Assembly: GCF_006345805.1 (NCBI RefSeq)
Contig: NC_042999.1
Location: 169,136,001 to 169,200,000 of the forward strand
DNA length: 64,000 bases
Direction of reading: 5' to 3'
Source: Octopus sinensis
Lineage: Eukaryota
The notes under the pieces are model-generated. The model did not search any database and was not told where the DNA came from. It saw only the letters and a program-made list of their open reading frames with translations. Positions 49,588 through 62,259 of this stretch are shown here, piece by piece. Position 1 is the first letter of the stretch, and each line of letters starts with the position of its first letter. Position numbers and translations under genes: made by a program.

Positions 49588-52379
49588 ATGCCGGATTATA
49601 AATCTTACCTCCTCACTCTCCACCATCGTCTGAAAGAATACCTCCGCCTACTTCCTTCAAACTGCTTTCAGCCATCCATTAACCTCTCCCTGCTCCTTTT
49701 TAAAAAAACCCGCTTCTCTAGCCATGTCTCTTTTCTAAGCCGCTGCCTACATCACCGCCTCATCCCTAAAGGTTTCCGCCTCCATTTCCACACTGCTCTC
49801 CACTCTGCTTCATCCATCCTACCCATACTCCGTACCACATCTTACCGCCTTATGCGTGCCACCATTCGCTCCAATCTCTCTAAAATACATGCCATCGACT
49901 GCCTTCTCCCTCCTGCTTTTTCCATCTTTTTCTCCTCTCTGCCGCCCTTCCATGCTCAAAACACGTTACGCTTCATTATCCATTTAAATCACCTCTTTCA
50001 TCAATTTCTTGCCAATACCAAACTTCGTAAACTCCAATCACTCCTCCATTCCATCACACCCGACGCCACCACCCCAACTCCTCCACTACCCTTCTCCCCT
50101 CCTGATAGGCTCAACCCACCCACACCTAATCCCACTGTCCATCCTAACAACCCCCACTCCCTCACCCTCAGACCTCCACCAGCCCTACCACTCCTCCTAC
50201 TTCTATTCCATCCACCCCTTCTCCACTTCCTTCTGTTGTTACCATTCCCCCAGATCTTCCCCTCTCTGTGGCGGAACGCTCCGTCCTCAGTAGGGGTCTG
50301 CGTTTCCCCCCACCTCACTCCATCCTGTAAGGAGTTCCAGACGCGTGCTGATGTCCACAGCTTTGTGCGCCGCATCTGGTTAGGTGCGTTTTTCCGCGAC
50401 ATACCACCTGCATCCAACGATGAGGACTGCTTCACTGACTTGGGCTGCCGACCATCCCAGTGGACGCCTGCCCCTGGCCAGTTCCAAGCAGTGGATCTTT
50501 TCGCGGGTGCCTGTCAGCGCATGTTGGAGCGGTTCAACTTCTCCAGGCGCCACCGCCGCCTCAACATCTCCCCGGCCGAGCTCTCGGCTCTTCGTTCCCT
50601 CCGATAGCGCGCTGATATTGTCATCAAACTGGCCGACAAGAGTGGAGCTGTGGTGGTGTGGCGCGTGGACCTCTACAGGGCCGAGGCGCTCCGCCAACTC
50701 AATGACACCTCCTTCTACTCCCCTTTGTCCTCTGACCCCACGCTTAGCTACCAACAGATGGTATCCTCTACTGTCCATGACCTCATCTCGTCCTCCCGTC
50801 TCCCCCACACCACATCCAATCTCATTGTCCAAACCCCACGCACCCCCACCATTTACTTCCTCCCCAAAATCCACAAACTCAACAACCCTGGCCGCCCATT
50901 GTCTCTGCCCCACAGAGCTCATCTCAAAATACCTCGACCGTGTCCTTGCCCCCCTAGTGGCGTCTCTTCCCTCCCACATCTACGACACCAACCATGCTCT
51001 CTGGCTTTTCAACTCTTTCTCCTTTCCTCCCGGCTCCTCCAAACTCCTTTTTACAATGGACATCCAGAGCCTCTATACCGTCATCCCTCACCACGAAGGA
51101 CTGCAGGCACTTCAACACTTTCTCAACCTCCGCCGCAACCCCGAACACAACACCTCCACACTCATTCGTCTGGCCGAACTTGTCCTTTCTCTTAACTGCT
51201 TCTTGTTCGCAGGCGAGTTCTACCAACAGATCTCGGGAGTGGCCATGGGAATGCGAATGGGCCCCAACTATGCGAACCTGTTCGTTGGCTATGTTGAGGC
51301 CCAAATATTCTCTAGTTTCACTGGTCCCACTCCCGAACTATACGGTCGTTACATTGACGACATTATCGGTGCCACCTCACTCTCCCGTGAACATCTAGAC
51401 TCCTTTCTCTCTTTCATTCAATCCTTCCATCCTGCCCTCCACTTCACCAGCACTATCTCCAACACCTCTGTCTCTTTCCTCGACATTTCGGTCAGCATTC
51501 ATCACTCCACTCTTACCACCTCCATTCACTACAAACACTCATACCTAAACTTCTCTTCCTCCCACCACAAACACATCAAGCTTTCCATCCCCTATTCCCA
51601 ATTCCTCCGTCTATGTAGGCTCTGTAGTGACGACTATGACTTTGAGACTCATCCTCAACTCATGGCTTGCCACTTCATCCTATGTGGATACCCCCTCACC
51701 ACTATCCACACCGCCCTTGCCAGAACACGTTCCGTAGATCGTGCATCTGCTCTCTCCCCCCGAACCCGCCCTGCAGTCTCCCGGCTCCCTTTTCCCCTCC
51801 CTTACCACCCAACCACCCTACCTCACCAACGCACCATTCTTCGAGCTTTCCGGCATCTCCAGTCCGACCTGTCCACTTCACACCTCTTCCCTAACCGACC
51901 CCTCCCCTCCTTCAAACGAGCCCATAACCTACGCAACCTCTTGGTCCACAGCTTCTTCCCTGACCCTACCTCCCAACCTGGCTCGTTCCCCTGCTCCCAC
52001 CCACGTTGCCGCACTTGCCCTTACCTCTCCAACACCACCCTCCTCACCGGCACCCATCATCGACTCATTCACCTGCACCTCCAGCAATATCATCTATTGC
52101 ATCTCCTGCTCTCTCTGCCATTCCCTGTACATCGGACAAACGGGACGCCGCTTGGCTGACCGGTTCGCGGAACACATCCGAGATATCCGCCTCGCCAATG
52201 ACACACCAGTCTCATGCCATTTCCACTCCACCAGTCACTCCTTGCAACACCTGTCTGTGTTCGGATTGTCCTTGCACAGAGGCCATCCGGATTCCTGCTT
52301 GCGCCATGAACAGGGATTAATCTTCTCTCTTCGCTCTTTTATGCCATTTGGGCTCAACTCTCTCCTCCTTTTCATCTAA
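49588..52379 (+). mobile_element. Full-length-ORF Penelope-like element, C-rich, with one premature stop and at least 3 frameshifts
   Basis: CCACCATG start. DIVIKLADK.GAVVVW, YFLPKIHK, TMDIQSLYT, GVAMG.RMGPNYA, RYIDD, FLDI, IIYCISC..C..LYIGQTGRRLADRFAEH. Confidence 0.95.
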
Positions 52380-53070
52380 CCTCCCCCGATTCCTACTTCT
52401 CTTCAGTCCTTCATCTTTTCACCGCTACTCTCTTTCCCTCCTCTTCCCTTCTTCCCTCTTCCTCTTCTTTCTGCTCCCTCACCCCCCCTCCCCTCCTCCT
52501 TCTCTTCATCCCGCCTCATTCTCCTCCTCTCCCCCTCTTCTCCTCTTCCTCCTCCTCCTTGCTCCCCTCCTCCTTGCTCCCCCCTTCCTCTCTTCCCCTC
52601 CTCTCTCTTCTCTCCCCCTCTCACTCTCCACACAACCCCCAACCCCAGCCGAACCCACACCCCACATGGGCTTTCCCCTCTATTGCCCCCCACCTCCCCA
52701 CAACATCACACTACACTACACCATACGACATTACACATCACGTCACAACACACCACCCACACACCCATCCCCACATCTTTACACCTACACATACATACAC
52801 ATATATCACAACACACACCCATCCCCATATCTCCACACCCACACATACATACACACGTCCAGACCACCAGCCCTCTTTCACATGCACATACATACTCTCT
52901 TATACACACACGCACCTTCGTGTTGGGGCCACCTTCGTTTTGGAAGTCACTTGACTCTGTTATCTCCCCTACTATCCCTCTAGCGTCTGACCTCTGACTG
53001 AAGTCAGAACGCCATGATAGACCGTTAGCTCCTACATGCATTTTTTTCTCTCCTTGTTTCTTTTCTGTGT

Positions 53071-53110
53071 ATCTCTCTGTCGAAGAGCGTAGGCTCGAAA
53101 CGTAAAAGAC
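53071..53110 (+). ncRNA. Minimal hammerhead candidate with A6U core, 3' of the PLE
   Basis: CTGTCGA-A-GAGC-gtag-GCTC-GAAA-CG-TA-AAAGAC. ACGT palindrome, GUA site, imperfect stem I. Confidence 0.6.
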
Positions 53111-53219
53111 TTGTTCTATTTCTATTCCTGAGTGCCATACTAAGACATTTGTTTGTTTGTACTCCATCTGCCTTTGTCTTTTGTTTATTTTCATAAACCT
53201 TCCCGTTATATATATATAC

Positions 53220-54290
53220 ACCAGGGTCCCTCGATCATTCACCTGGTTGTCGGTGCAGAAGCCAAGAGAAGATTTGTGGTTGGTGAGAGTTGTCCAAGCC
53301 ATGTACAGGGGTGTTATCAGTAAGGTGAAAGTCAGCATTGAGTTCAGTGACAAATTCAGTGTACAGATAGGGGTCCACTAAGGATCAGTTATCAGTCCCC
53401 TCTTGTTTATCATAGTCCTCCTGGCCAAAGGAATATAAAACTGGCTTTCCTTGAGAGCTCCACTATGCTCTAACTTTCCTAGAGTTAGAGAAGCATGGAA
53501 GCATGGACTGGAATCTAAGGGCTTTAGAGTTAATTTAGCAAAGTACTAGTAAGCAGGAAAGCAAACAAATTATTACTCCCTTCAGGGAAATGGCCCTGCA
53601 GAGTATGTAGAAAAGGTGTAAGTAGAAATTCTATTCAGTGTACCCAGTGCAAGCTATGGACACATGATGTGCAATGGACTCGCAGGAACATAACAGAGAA
53701 AGTATTCTTTGTTGTGGTAGATGTGCAGCTACAATGATCACTAGGGATGTGTGGGAAATAGATTTCCTCAAATGTACAGGGACAGCCTTAGAGGTAGTAG
53801 ATAGTTTTTGTTATCTAGGTGACTAACTTAGCAGTGTTAGAGGTCACTCTGAAAGCATAATAACTAGAATAAGAATTAGCTGGGCAAAGTTCAGAGAGCC
53901 ATTACTTTTTTTCGTCACAAAGGGCCTCTCCCTGCAAGTAAAAGGCAAATTGTACAATATCTGATTAATACATAGCAAAACATAGGCTGTGACTGCTAAA
54001 GATGTACAAAGGCTTGAAAGAAATTAAGCCTATATGCTCCACTAGATGTGTAATGTATGACAAAGTGTAATTATTTTGAGAAAGAAATTGAGGGTAAGAG
54101 ACAACAGATGTAGTGTACAAGAGGGAAGACTGCGCTGGTATGGTCATGTGATGTGTATAGATGTGAACTGATCTATAAATGTGGAAGGAACCTGTGAAAG
54201 AGGTAGATCCATGGAGATGTGGGAGAAAGTGACGACAAAATGGTTTTCAGATGTTGAGTCTGAGAAGAGGATGAAGGACTGAGACTTAGG
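53220..54290 (+). mobile_element. Old RTE LINE fragment
   Basis: WLVRVVQAMY, GKWPCRVCRKGV, LEVVDSFCYLG, CWYGHV. Confidence 0.8.
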
Positions 54291-54900
54291 AAGCATGACA
54301 TCACTCTCATTGGAGACACATCCAAAGATCATCACAGATTGGATGAACTCGGTTTTATATCACATGGATTGTAGGCAAGCTACTTGCTGTTCTGGGTGTT
54401 GTGCATCTGGTCCTGGTAGAAGTTCTTTTTATCTGAGAAAAACCAGATCATTCCCAGCTCAACAGGATGCTTTAACTTGTTCAGAAGCCTCTTTGCCTTT
54501 GTCATGTATTTCTCCTTGGCCATCAGAATTTGTCTCTTGCACCTCTTGTATGAGTGGCAGCAAAGTTCTTCATTCAAGGCTAGCTTTATGGTGGCAACTC
54601 CAACACTCATCTCTGTTAAAACCTTGATTCTTCTGCTTGGATCTTTCATTTTGTTCAGCAGTTGTTAGATGAAATATGGCATGTGGATGCAGCCAGAATA
54701 CCTTCTGTATCCCTTCCTGCTGGCCACAGCTTCATAGTTCCCATTCCAACTATCCATGTCACATCTTAAAACTGTTAGGGTGTTCACAGAACATTAAGCA
54801 GTTGTCATAACCAATATGAACCATCATGATACAGGTAACTATCTTCCAATATTCAGATGACTCCCACTCCTCCATGCCAGCTAACTCTTTCTCAACTACA
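54290..54900 (-). mobile_element. maT (DD37D)-like transposase fragment
   Basis: KAKRLLNKLKHPVELGMIWFFSDKKNFYQDQMHNTQN, MIFGCVSNESDVM. Confidence 0.75.
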
Positions 54901-55076
54901 ACTTTTAATGTTTATGCTCCCCAGTAGCATTAGCTATTCACTAATACATTAAGCTGTTCTTGAAAGAAATACGATTTTTAAAGAAAAATCATCAAATTCA
55001 GCTTGAGCACCCTACATATATATGTGTGTGTGCGTATATATATATGTATATATATGTGTATATATGTGTGTGTGAG

Positions 55077-55107
<31 letters not shown>

Positions 55108-55383
55108 ATGTGTGTATATATATGTGTGTATGTGTATATATATATATATATATGTGTATATATATGTGTATATATATATATGTGTGTGTGTGTATATGTA
55201 TATATGTGTGTATATACATATATATATGTATATATATATATGTATATATATATGTATATATATACATGTATATGTTTGTATATATATGTATGTACATGTG
55301 TATGTGTGTATATATATATGTGTGTGTGTGTATATATATATATACCCCCTCCTCAATTATAAAAAAATTTCTTTTCACCTTAC

Positions 55384-55425
55384 AATTCTTGAAAAGTCGC
55401 ATTGCCTTGAAAACCGGTTAGAATT
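55384..55425 (+). ncRNA. Hammerhead candidate with U3:A8 core, stem II decayed
   Basis: Stem I AATTC/GAATT, core TTGAAAA, GAAA, perfect palindrome AACCGGTT, UUA site. Confidence 0.5.
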
Positions 55426-55496
55426 AATATATTAATATATATTTCATTAAAATTTACCTTCAATTTAGCTTTCTGCCTTTTTATAATTTTTCCTTG

Positions 55497-55529
<33 letters not shown>

Positions 55530-55531
<2 letters not shown>

Positions 55532-56190
55532 TTAAATCCTTAAAATGTTTCAGCCTGAAGGCTGCGGTTATGCTGGGGTACTACCGTTGAATGAGCTACA
55601 CTAGTATGGGAAACCACCTCTGATACGTGGCCCTTGATCAACAAGGGAGTTCGATGTCACTGCCCGCATCTGTGTTTCCTGCCGAGAGGTAGGTTCGTCT
55701 GGAACCCCTGACAAGAAGAGATCCAGTTTAGTTTTAAAGAAACCCACATCCACACCATGCATGTCTCTCAGGCATTTAGGAAGGATATTGAAGAGCTGTG
55801 GTCCCCTGAAACCCAAGCTGTTGCAGTATCTAGTCCTGTATTTTGATGGTGATGTTGGGATCTTTGGCACCATGCAGTGGCACCCCGTTCTGCTGTTGAA
55901 TGCCAAAATTTGGGACAAGACCCTCCAGGATTTTCCAGATGTATATCACCGCATATCTCTCAGCTCTAGGGAGAAGAGGTTTAATACCTTCAGTCTTTCC
56001 CAGTAGCTGATATGTTGTATTGAGACGATCTTCTTAGTGTAGCTTCTTTGAATTGCTTCGAGTTCTGCTATTAACTTTATATTGTGTGGTGAGGACGAAT
56101 GTCTTCCAAAGGACCATCAGTGTCTCCTCTCTTGTTCTGAAAGTTCAGAGAATCCATCCAGTTAGCCGTCTGCATTTTATATATATCCTG
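55530..56190 (-). mobile_element. CR1-group LINE 3' end
   Basis: LGFRGPQLFNILPKCLRD...KLDLFL..VPDEP. Tail CCCCAGCATAACCGCAGCCTTCAGGCTGAAAC. Confidence 0.88.
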
Positions 56191-56259
56191 AGAGTTTAAT
56201 ACTTTCAAATAAAGAAATAAATAAGAATAGCTTAAATAATATAAAGTCTTCAAATTTAC

Positions 56260-56425
56260 AAAACTATGAAACAACTCAAACTGATAACCTATCCTATAAA
56301 CCTAACATTGATAGTGGGGTATACTTCGAAAGTAGTAGGCAAGACACAAATAGGTATAAAAAGCTTAAGTTAAATAAAATAACTGTGAATGAAAAAATTA
56401 TAATTACTCCTCCCGATAAAAAACC

Positions 56426-56459
<34 letters not shown>

Positions 56460-56755
56460 CTAGCAATAATAGCAAAATTCTGAAGAGTATAAATAGTACA
56501 AATTTATCCCACCCTTTCTTAAATAAGAAATTCAAAAGTAAAAATATCATATGGTTCAATGTCCCTTTCAACTACTAATATATATAGTAAATCTAAGTCC
56601 ATACTGGAAAAAAACCTCCCTACATCCATAGACATAATGAAATATTTTTGCGTAAAACAGTTAGAATATCATACTCCACTCTCCCCAATATAAGTACCAT
56701 CATAGCTAGATTAAATAGAAAGAATATTGGACAAGCCAGAAATGTTAAAAGTAGC

Positions 56756-56848
<93 letters not shown>

Positions 56849-57800
56849 TAATGGTGGTGGTGGTGGTGGTAGTAGTAGTAATAATAATAAAAATATAAAC
56901 AACAACAATAATAATAATAATATTAATAATATCAATAATAGCACTAATAATAAAAACGATACAATAACAATAATAATAATTATATGAATAATAGTAATAA
57001 TATTCCTATTAACCAAGACTTAATCACCTATAATGAAAATGATAATATTGAAAATGATAGGGTGTATGATATAAATGACATTATGGCCACTAATAGTAGC
57101 GTAATGGAATACGGTTCCAGTACATATGTATACTTAGAAACTATTTCTATACCTGATGATGATGAGACAAATTTATATGATAAGATGGTAGAGGGGAATT
57201 AGAAACTAATAGTCAAAACCATAACTCACCTGATAATGTAATTATAAATAACGATGATATTATTAATGTTAATAATAGTTGAAATAATAATAATAACAAT
57301 TACTTAATTCTTGATAATACTAATATCAATAATTATTCCCATAGTTGTACTTGTGGAATCAAGTCCCACTGTCTGGTATCTGGTTGGTGTCTAGCCCAAA
57401 ACGTAGTATACAAATGTACAGTATTGACTTCAACTAATAATTATATGTATTTTGGTTCCTCTGTAAATTTGAAATGACATATATATAATCACAGATCGTC
57501 CTTGAAACTTAAGCATAAGGGAAATTGCACAAGATTATCCAATAAAATTTGGGAATTAAAAGAAAATAGAATTAGATTTTGCCTTAAATGGGACATAGTG
57601 AGGAAAGTGCAACCTTATAAAAATAGTAGATATGGGTCTGAGCTCTGCTCCATGGAGATTTACGAAATTTTTAAACATAGGGATAATATAAACCTGTTAA
57701 ATAACCGTTTAGAACTGGGGTATTGTGTTTACATAGTACTACCTGTACCTTTAAATATCTTAGAAAATAGCATTTTATTATTCCTGAATTTTTAAATCTT
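56260..57800 (+). mobile_element. Penelope-like element (Neptune-type) with an AAT-expanded linker, decayed
   Basis: KNIIWFNVPF, KTVRISYSTLPNI, a long N-run, then TRLSNKIWELKE...KWDIV...ELCSMEIYEI. Confidence 0.8.
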
Positions 57801-57995
57801 AATTTTTACCTCTTAGTTTTAAAAAGCAATGAAGAAATAGCATACCCTACAGTATTAATTTTTTAGTCAACACAAGGTATTAAAAATTTAATAACATAGA
57901 CAAATTGAATAAATAATTTTTAATTTCTAAAATTATTACATAAATTCTATATATCTTTTGAAGTTACTAAGTTTCTTTCTTTTTTTCTTTCTTTT

Positions 57996-58127
57996 TCTTT
58001 TACTTGTTTCAGTCATTTGACTGCGGCCATGCTGGAGCACCGCCTTTAGTCGAGGAGATCGACCCTGGGACTTATTCTTTGTAAGCCCAGTACTTATTCT
58101 ATCGGTCTCTTATGCCGAACCGCTAAG
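57996..58127 (-). mobile_element. SINE 3' half
   Basis: Reverse complement of the SINE tail at 32820-32950. Confidence 0.85.
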
Positions 58128-58636
58128 CTGTATACTTACTCCACAGTAATTTTAATGATTTAGCAATTTTCACATCTATTTCTATGATGGTTCTACTCTA
58201 CCTAATCTTTTTCGATATTCTAAAAATACCTTTATACAAGCCTAAATTATACCCCATATAGCCATATGTAACTTATAATATACAATATAAGATCTTCAAA
58301 AAATATTTCTATTTCTCTTTATTTCCATTTTTTCCTTGCCTTATTTTGGTTACCTCCCTTCCATTGTAGTTAAAATTTTGGTATGCAAGTCAATAGCGGT
58401 ATCCTGTTTACTAAAAATCTCATTCTAAAAAATCTTCTAAATTACTCTAATTAATATTTTATAACCTTATACAACTAGATAATATTGTTTAAAAAGTTTT
58501 TGAAGAAATTACCTGATTTCTCTTTCTCTCAAATAGCTCTGCCCCCCCCCCCCCCATCTTAGTATATACGAGGGACCTTAATAAAGAAATAGGTATATTA
58601 AAATAAAGAAATAAGTATATATAAGGGAGCTTTATA

Positions 58637-59330
58637 TCATCATCATCATCGTTTAACGTCCGTTTTCCATGCTAGCATGGGTTGGACGGTTCAACTGGGG
58701 TCTGGGAAGCCAGAAGGCTGCGCCAGGCCCAGTCTGATCTGGCAATGTTTCCACGGCTGGATGCCCTTCCTAACACCAACCACTCCATGAGTATAGTGGG
58801 TGCTTTTTACGTGCCACCTGCACAGGTGCCAGACAAGGCTGGCAAACGGCCACGATCGGATGGTTCGCTTACTAGTCACCGGCACTGGTATCACAGCTAC
58901 AATTTCCATTGATGTTGATCGATTTTGATTTTGATTTTCACTTGCCTCAACAGGTCTTCACAAGTAGGGTTTGTGTCACAAGAAGGAAAGGTATGCATAA
59001 GTGGGCTGACTATGTCCCAGGTAGAGGTCATGGGTTATGGTCTCACTTGTCCTGCTGGGTCTTCCCACTCACAGCATACTTCCAATGGTCTCAGTCGCTG
59101 GTCATTTCCTCGGTGAGACATAAAGTTCGAAGGTCGTGCTTCACCACCTCGTCCCAGGTTTTCCTGGGTCTGCCTCTTCCACAGGTTCCCTCAACAGCTA
59201 GGGTGTGGCACTTTTTCACACAACTATCTTCATCCATTCTTGCCACATGACCATACCAGCGCAAACGTCTCTCTTGCACACCACAACTGATGCTTCTTAG
59301 GTCCAACTTTTCTTTCAAGGTACTTACATT
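58637..59330 (-). mobile_element. RTE LINE 3' end with UTR
   Basis: CGVQERRLRWYGHV...RGRPRKTWDEVV, followed by the UTR. Confidence 0.9.
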
Positions 59331-60400
59331 CTGTGTTGACATTGTGGAACTCCACTTGGCTCTCGTTGATCATCTCCACGCACTTCTCCACTGCAAAATC
59401 TACGTCGATCGATGGGTATAGGGATACCACATCCATGCTACTCACCATACATCCTGTCAGGTCACAAGTGTTGTTACAGTCATTAATCCTGCTGAGGAGA
59501 TCTGTGCTGTCACAAACATCAGGTGACATCCGGATTATAGGGCATATGATCATTGAGAGGAAGTAGGAGATTCTGTAGTTGCTAGCAATATTCGCTCCAC
59601 AGACTCGTCTTGTTGGTGGTCCTGCTATAGGGTCAGTGGTTACTACGTAAGCTGAATGGGCTTACGTTGGCCACATGCAGGTTTAATCCCGAGTTGTTGG
59701 GCCTCTGTCTTATTCTGTCTCTGTCTCTTAGTGTATAATCCTAAAATCTGTCTAAGTTTGGTCCTAGCTATAGTGAACTGTGCTTCCATATGGTCATTAG
59801 TATGTCTTGGGATGTAGACTCTTTTGTTGAAGGGTAATGTTGTTGGATAAATCAGGCTTATGCCGTAATATTTGTCATATACGTTGAAGAATTGAGTGTC
59901 GAAGGGGTGGGTATACATGTTAATGGCCTTTCTAGGGTTATCTTCTTCATTATCGTTACTACTATTTCTGTCGTTACTGTTCCCATCATCAACCTCACTA
60001 TTGCCACTATTACCACTATCATTATTACCACTACTACTATTATTACTATTACCATTACAACTATCACTACTACCATCATTACTACTTCTACTGTTACTAC
60101 CACCACTACTACTACCACTATTATTGTTATTACTGTTATTGCTATCATTCTGATTATCGCTAGTGATATTCTCATTGTTCCTGTTTCTGGTGTTGTTCAT
60201 ATTAGTGTTGGGTTTTATGTCTGTCTGTTGGTCCCTGTCATTCCCTCTGTTGTGGTTGTTATTTTTGTTCCTATGAGTATTGTTATCTGTTTCAAGTCTA
60301 CTGACTCCCTGTCCAAGAATTCTGTTGCATTCAACTTTATTCTCCATCGTGACCCCCATGACACAACTTTTATTCGTGTCCTTGTGACTATGGTTATCTG
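59330..60400 (-). mobile_element. Penelope-like element 5' part, N/S-rich N-terminus plus start of RT
   Basis: RRVCGANIASN, SSMDVVSLYPSIDV. The upstream ORF 59643-60359 is Asn/Ser-rich. Confidence 0.75.
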
Positions 60401-60469
60401 TGTGTGTGTTTGTGTGTTGGTTCTCCCTATAATTGTTGTTGTTGTTGCTGTTGTATATGATTTTTTATA

Positions 60470-60473
60470 TGTA

Positions 60474-60540
<67 letters not shown>

Positions 60541-60715
60541 GTATGTATGTATGTATATATGTATGTATGTATGTATATATATATGTATGTATGTATATAT
60601 ATATGTATGTATGTATGTATATATATATGTATGTATGTATATATATGTATGTATGTATATATATATGTATGTATGTATATATGTATGTATGTATATATAT
60701 ATGTATGTATATATG

Positions 60716-60747
<32 letters not shown>

Positions 60748-61270
60748 TGTATGTATGTATATATATATGTATGTATGTATATATATATATGTATGTATGT
60801 ATATATATATATGTGTATGTATATATATATGTGTATGTATGTATATATATATATGTATATATATGTGTATATATAAATATATATGTGTATATATAAATAT
60901 ATATGTGTATATATAAATATATATGTGTATATATAAATATATATGTGTATATATATATATGTATGTATGTATATATATATATATGTATGTATGTATATAT
61001 ATATATGTATGTATGTATATATATATATATGTATGTATGTATATATATATATGTGTATGTATGTATATATATATATGTGTATGTATATATGTGTATGTAT
61101 ATATATATATGTATATATATGTGTATATATAAATATATATGTGTATATATAAATATATATGTGTATATATAAATATATATGTGTATATATAAATATATAT
61201 ATGTGTATATATAAATATATATATGTGTATATATAAATATATATATATGTATTTGTATATGTATATATAT
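60470..61270. repeat. Compound (TA)n/(TATG)n microsatellite
   Basis: Visible directly. Confidence 0.95.
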
Positions 61271-61622
61271 ACCCATGCTAGCATGGAAAACTGACGTTAA
61301 ACGATGACGACGATGTATTTATGAAAAGAAGGTTTGAAAATGCAATTTTAAAAGGTGTTTATTCACTTGACTAGTTTCACTTTTTTAGAAAAAGATTGTC
61401 AAAAGTAACATGTAAAAGCTTTGTTGTGTTAGGTACTGTTTGTCACAAAATATTACAATACATATATACATTCTTTGATAATAATAAGAACATGTTAAAA
61501 ACATTGTTGTATTTAAGAATGGTCATTTTGCCAATTTAGCCAATAAAAACACACGCACTATATATTTGGTGTTACTTTGCTTCAGCGTTATTTATATTTT
61601 ACATTAATCTTAATCTTATTTC

Positions 61623-61667
61623 GGCCAGAGTTCTTTTGTCACACTCCTGTGACTGCATCAGTGGTCC
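61623..61667 (-). ncRNA. Second copy of the A9C hammerhead family, G12A (probably inactive)
   Basis: Minus strand: GGACCA-CTGATGC-A-GTCACA-ggag-TGTGAC-AAAA-GAACTC-TGGCC. It lies in a ~200 bp repeat shared with 48888-49080. Confidence 0.55.
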
Positions 61668-61769
61668 TTTGCTTCCTTCTTTCTTATTTGTGTCTCTCCT
61701 TACTAACGGTCAGTCATTTTGTATTTCAACTAATGCCTCAAGTTAAGATTCAGGGGCATAGATTTCTCA

Positions 61770-62250
61770 CTAAAAGAGGGGTTACCCAAAAGAAACTAAA
61801 ATTTTACAATATTATTTTATTCACTTAGTTTTACATGTTTACACTTTTATCACCTTCAAAGTATTCTCCATTTGAAGCAATACTTCGGTCCAGAAGTGTT
61901 TTCCACTGTTCGAAGCAATCCTGGAACTCTTGTAAAGTGATGCCTTTTAATACCTCCATTGTTTTTTTCTTCACCTCTTCCACACCTGCAAAACATTTTT
62001 CATTCAGGGGAACAAAAAAAAGTTGCAGGGTGCAAGATTGGGTGAACTGTTCTTTCAGTTCATGACATGCATTTAGTCATGACTTTTTTTGATCTTCTGT
62101 GAGCAAGCGAGGAACAAATTTTCCTGCAACTCTTTGCATTCACAATTCCTTGCTCAAAATTCATTGGCAGGAGTTCTAGGACACACCAGTCATGTCAACA
62201 AGTTCATCAATTATTCAGTGATGTTTTCATTTGTTTGGGAGGTCAATAGT
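61770..62250 (-). mobile_element. mariner C-terminal remnant
   Basis: Minus strand: VEEVKKKTMEVLKGITLQEFQDCFEQWK..SIASNGEYFEG. Confidence 0.75.
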
Positions 62251-62259
62251 TGCTCTAAA

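Noticed and set aside
50605-50607. In-frame stop in the PLE as programmed readthrough or selenocysteine
   Set aside because: It is TAG rather than TGA, and the copy also has frameshifts, so ordinary decay is the simpler explanation.
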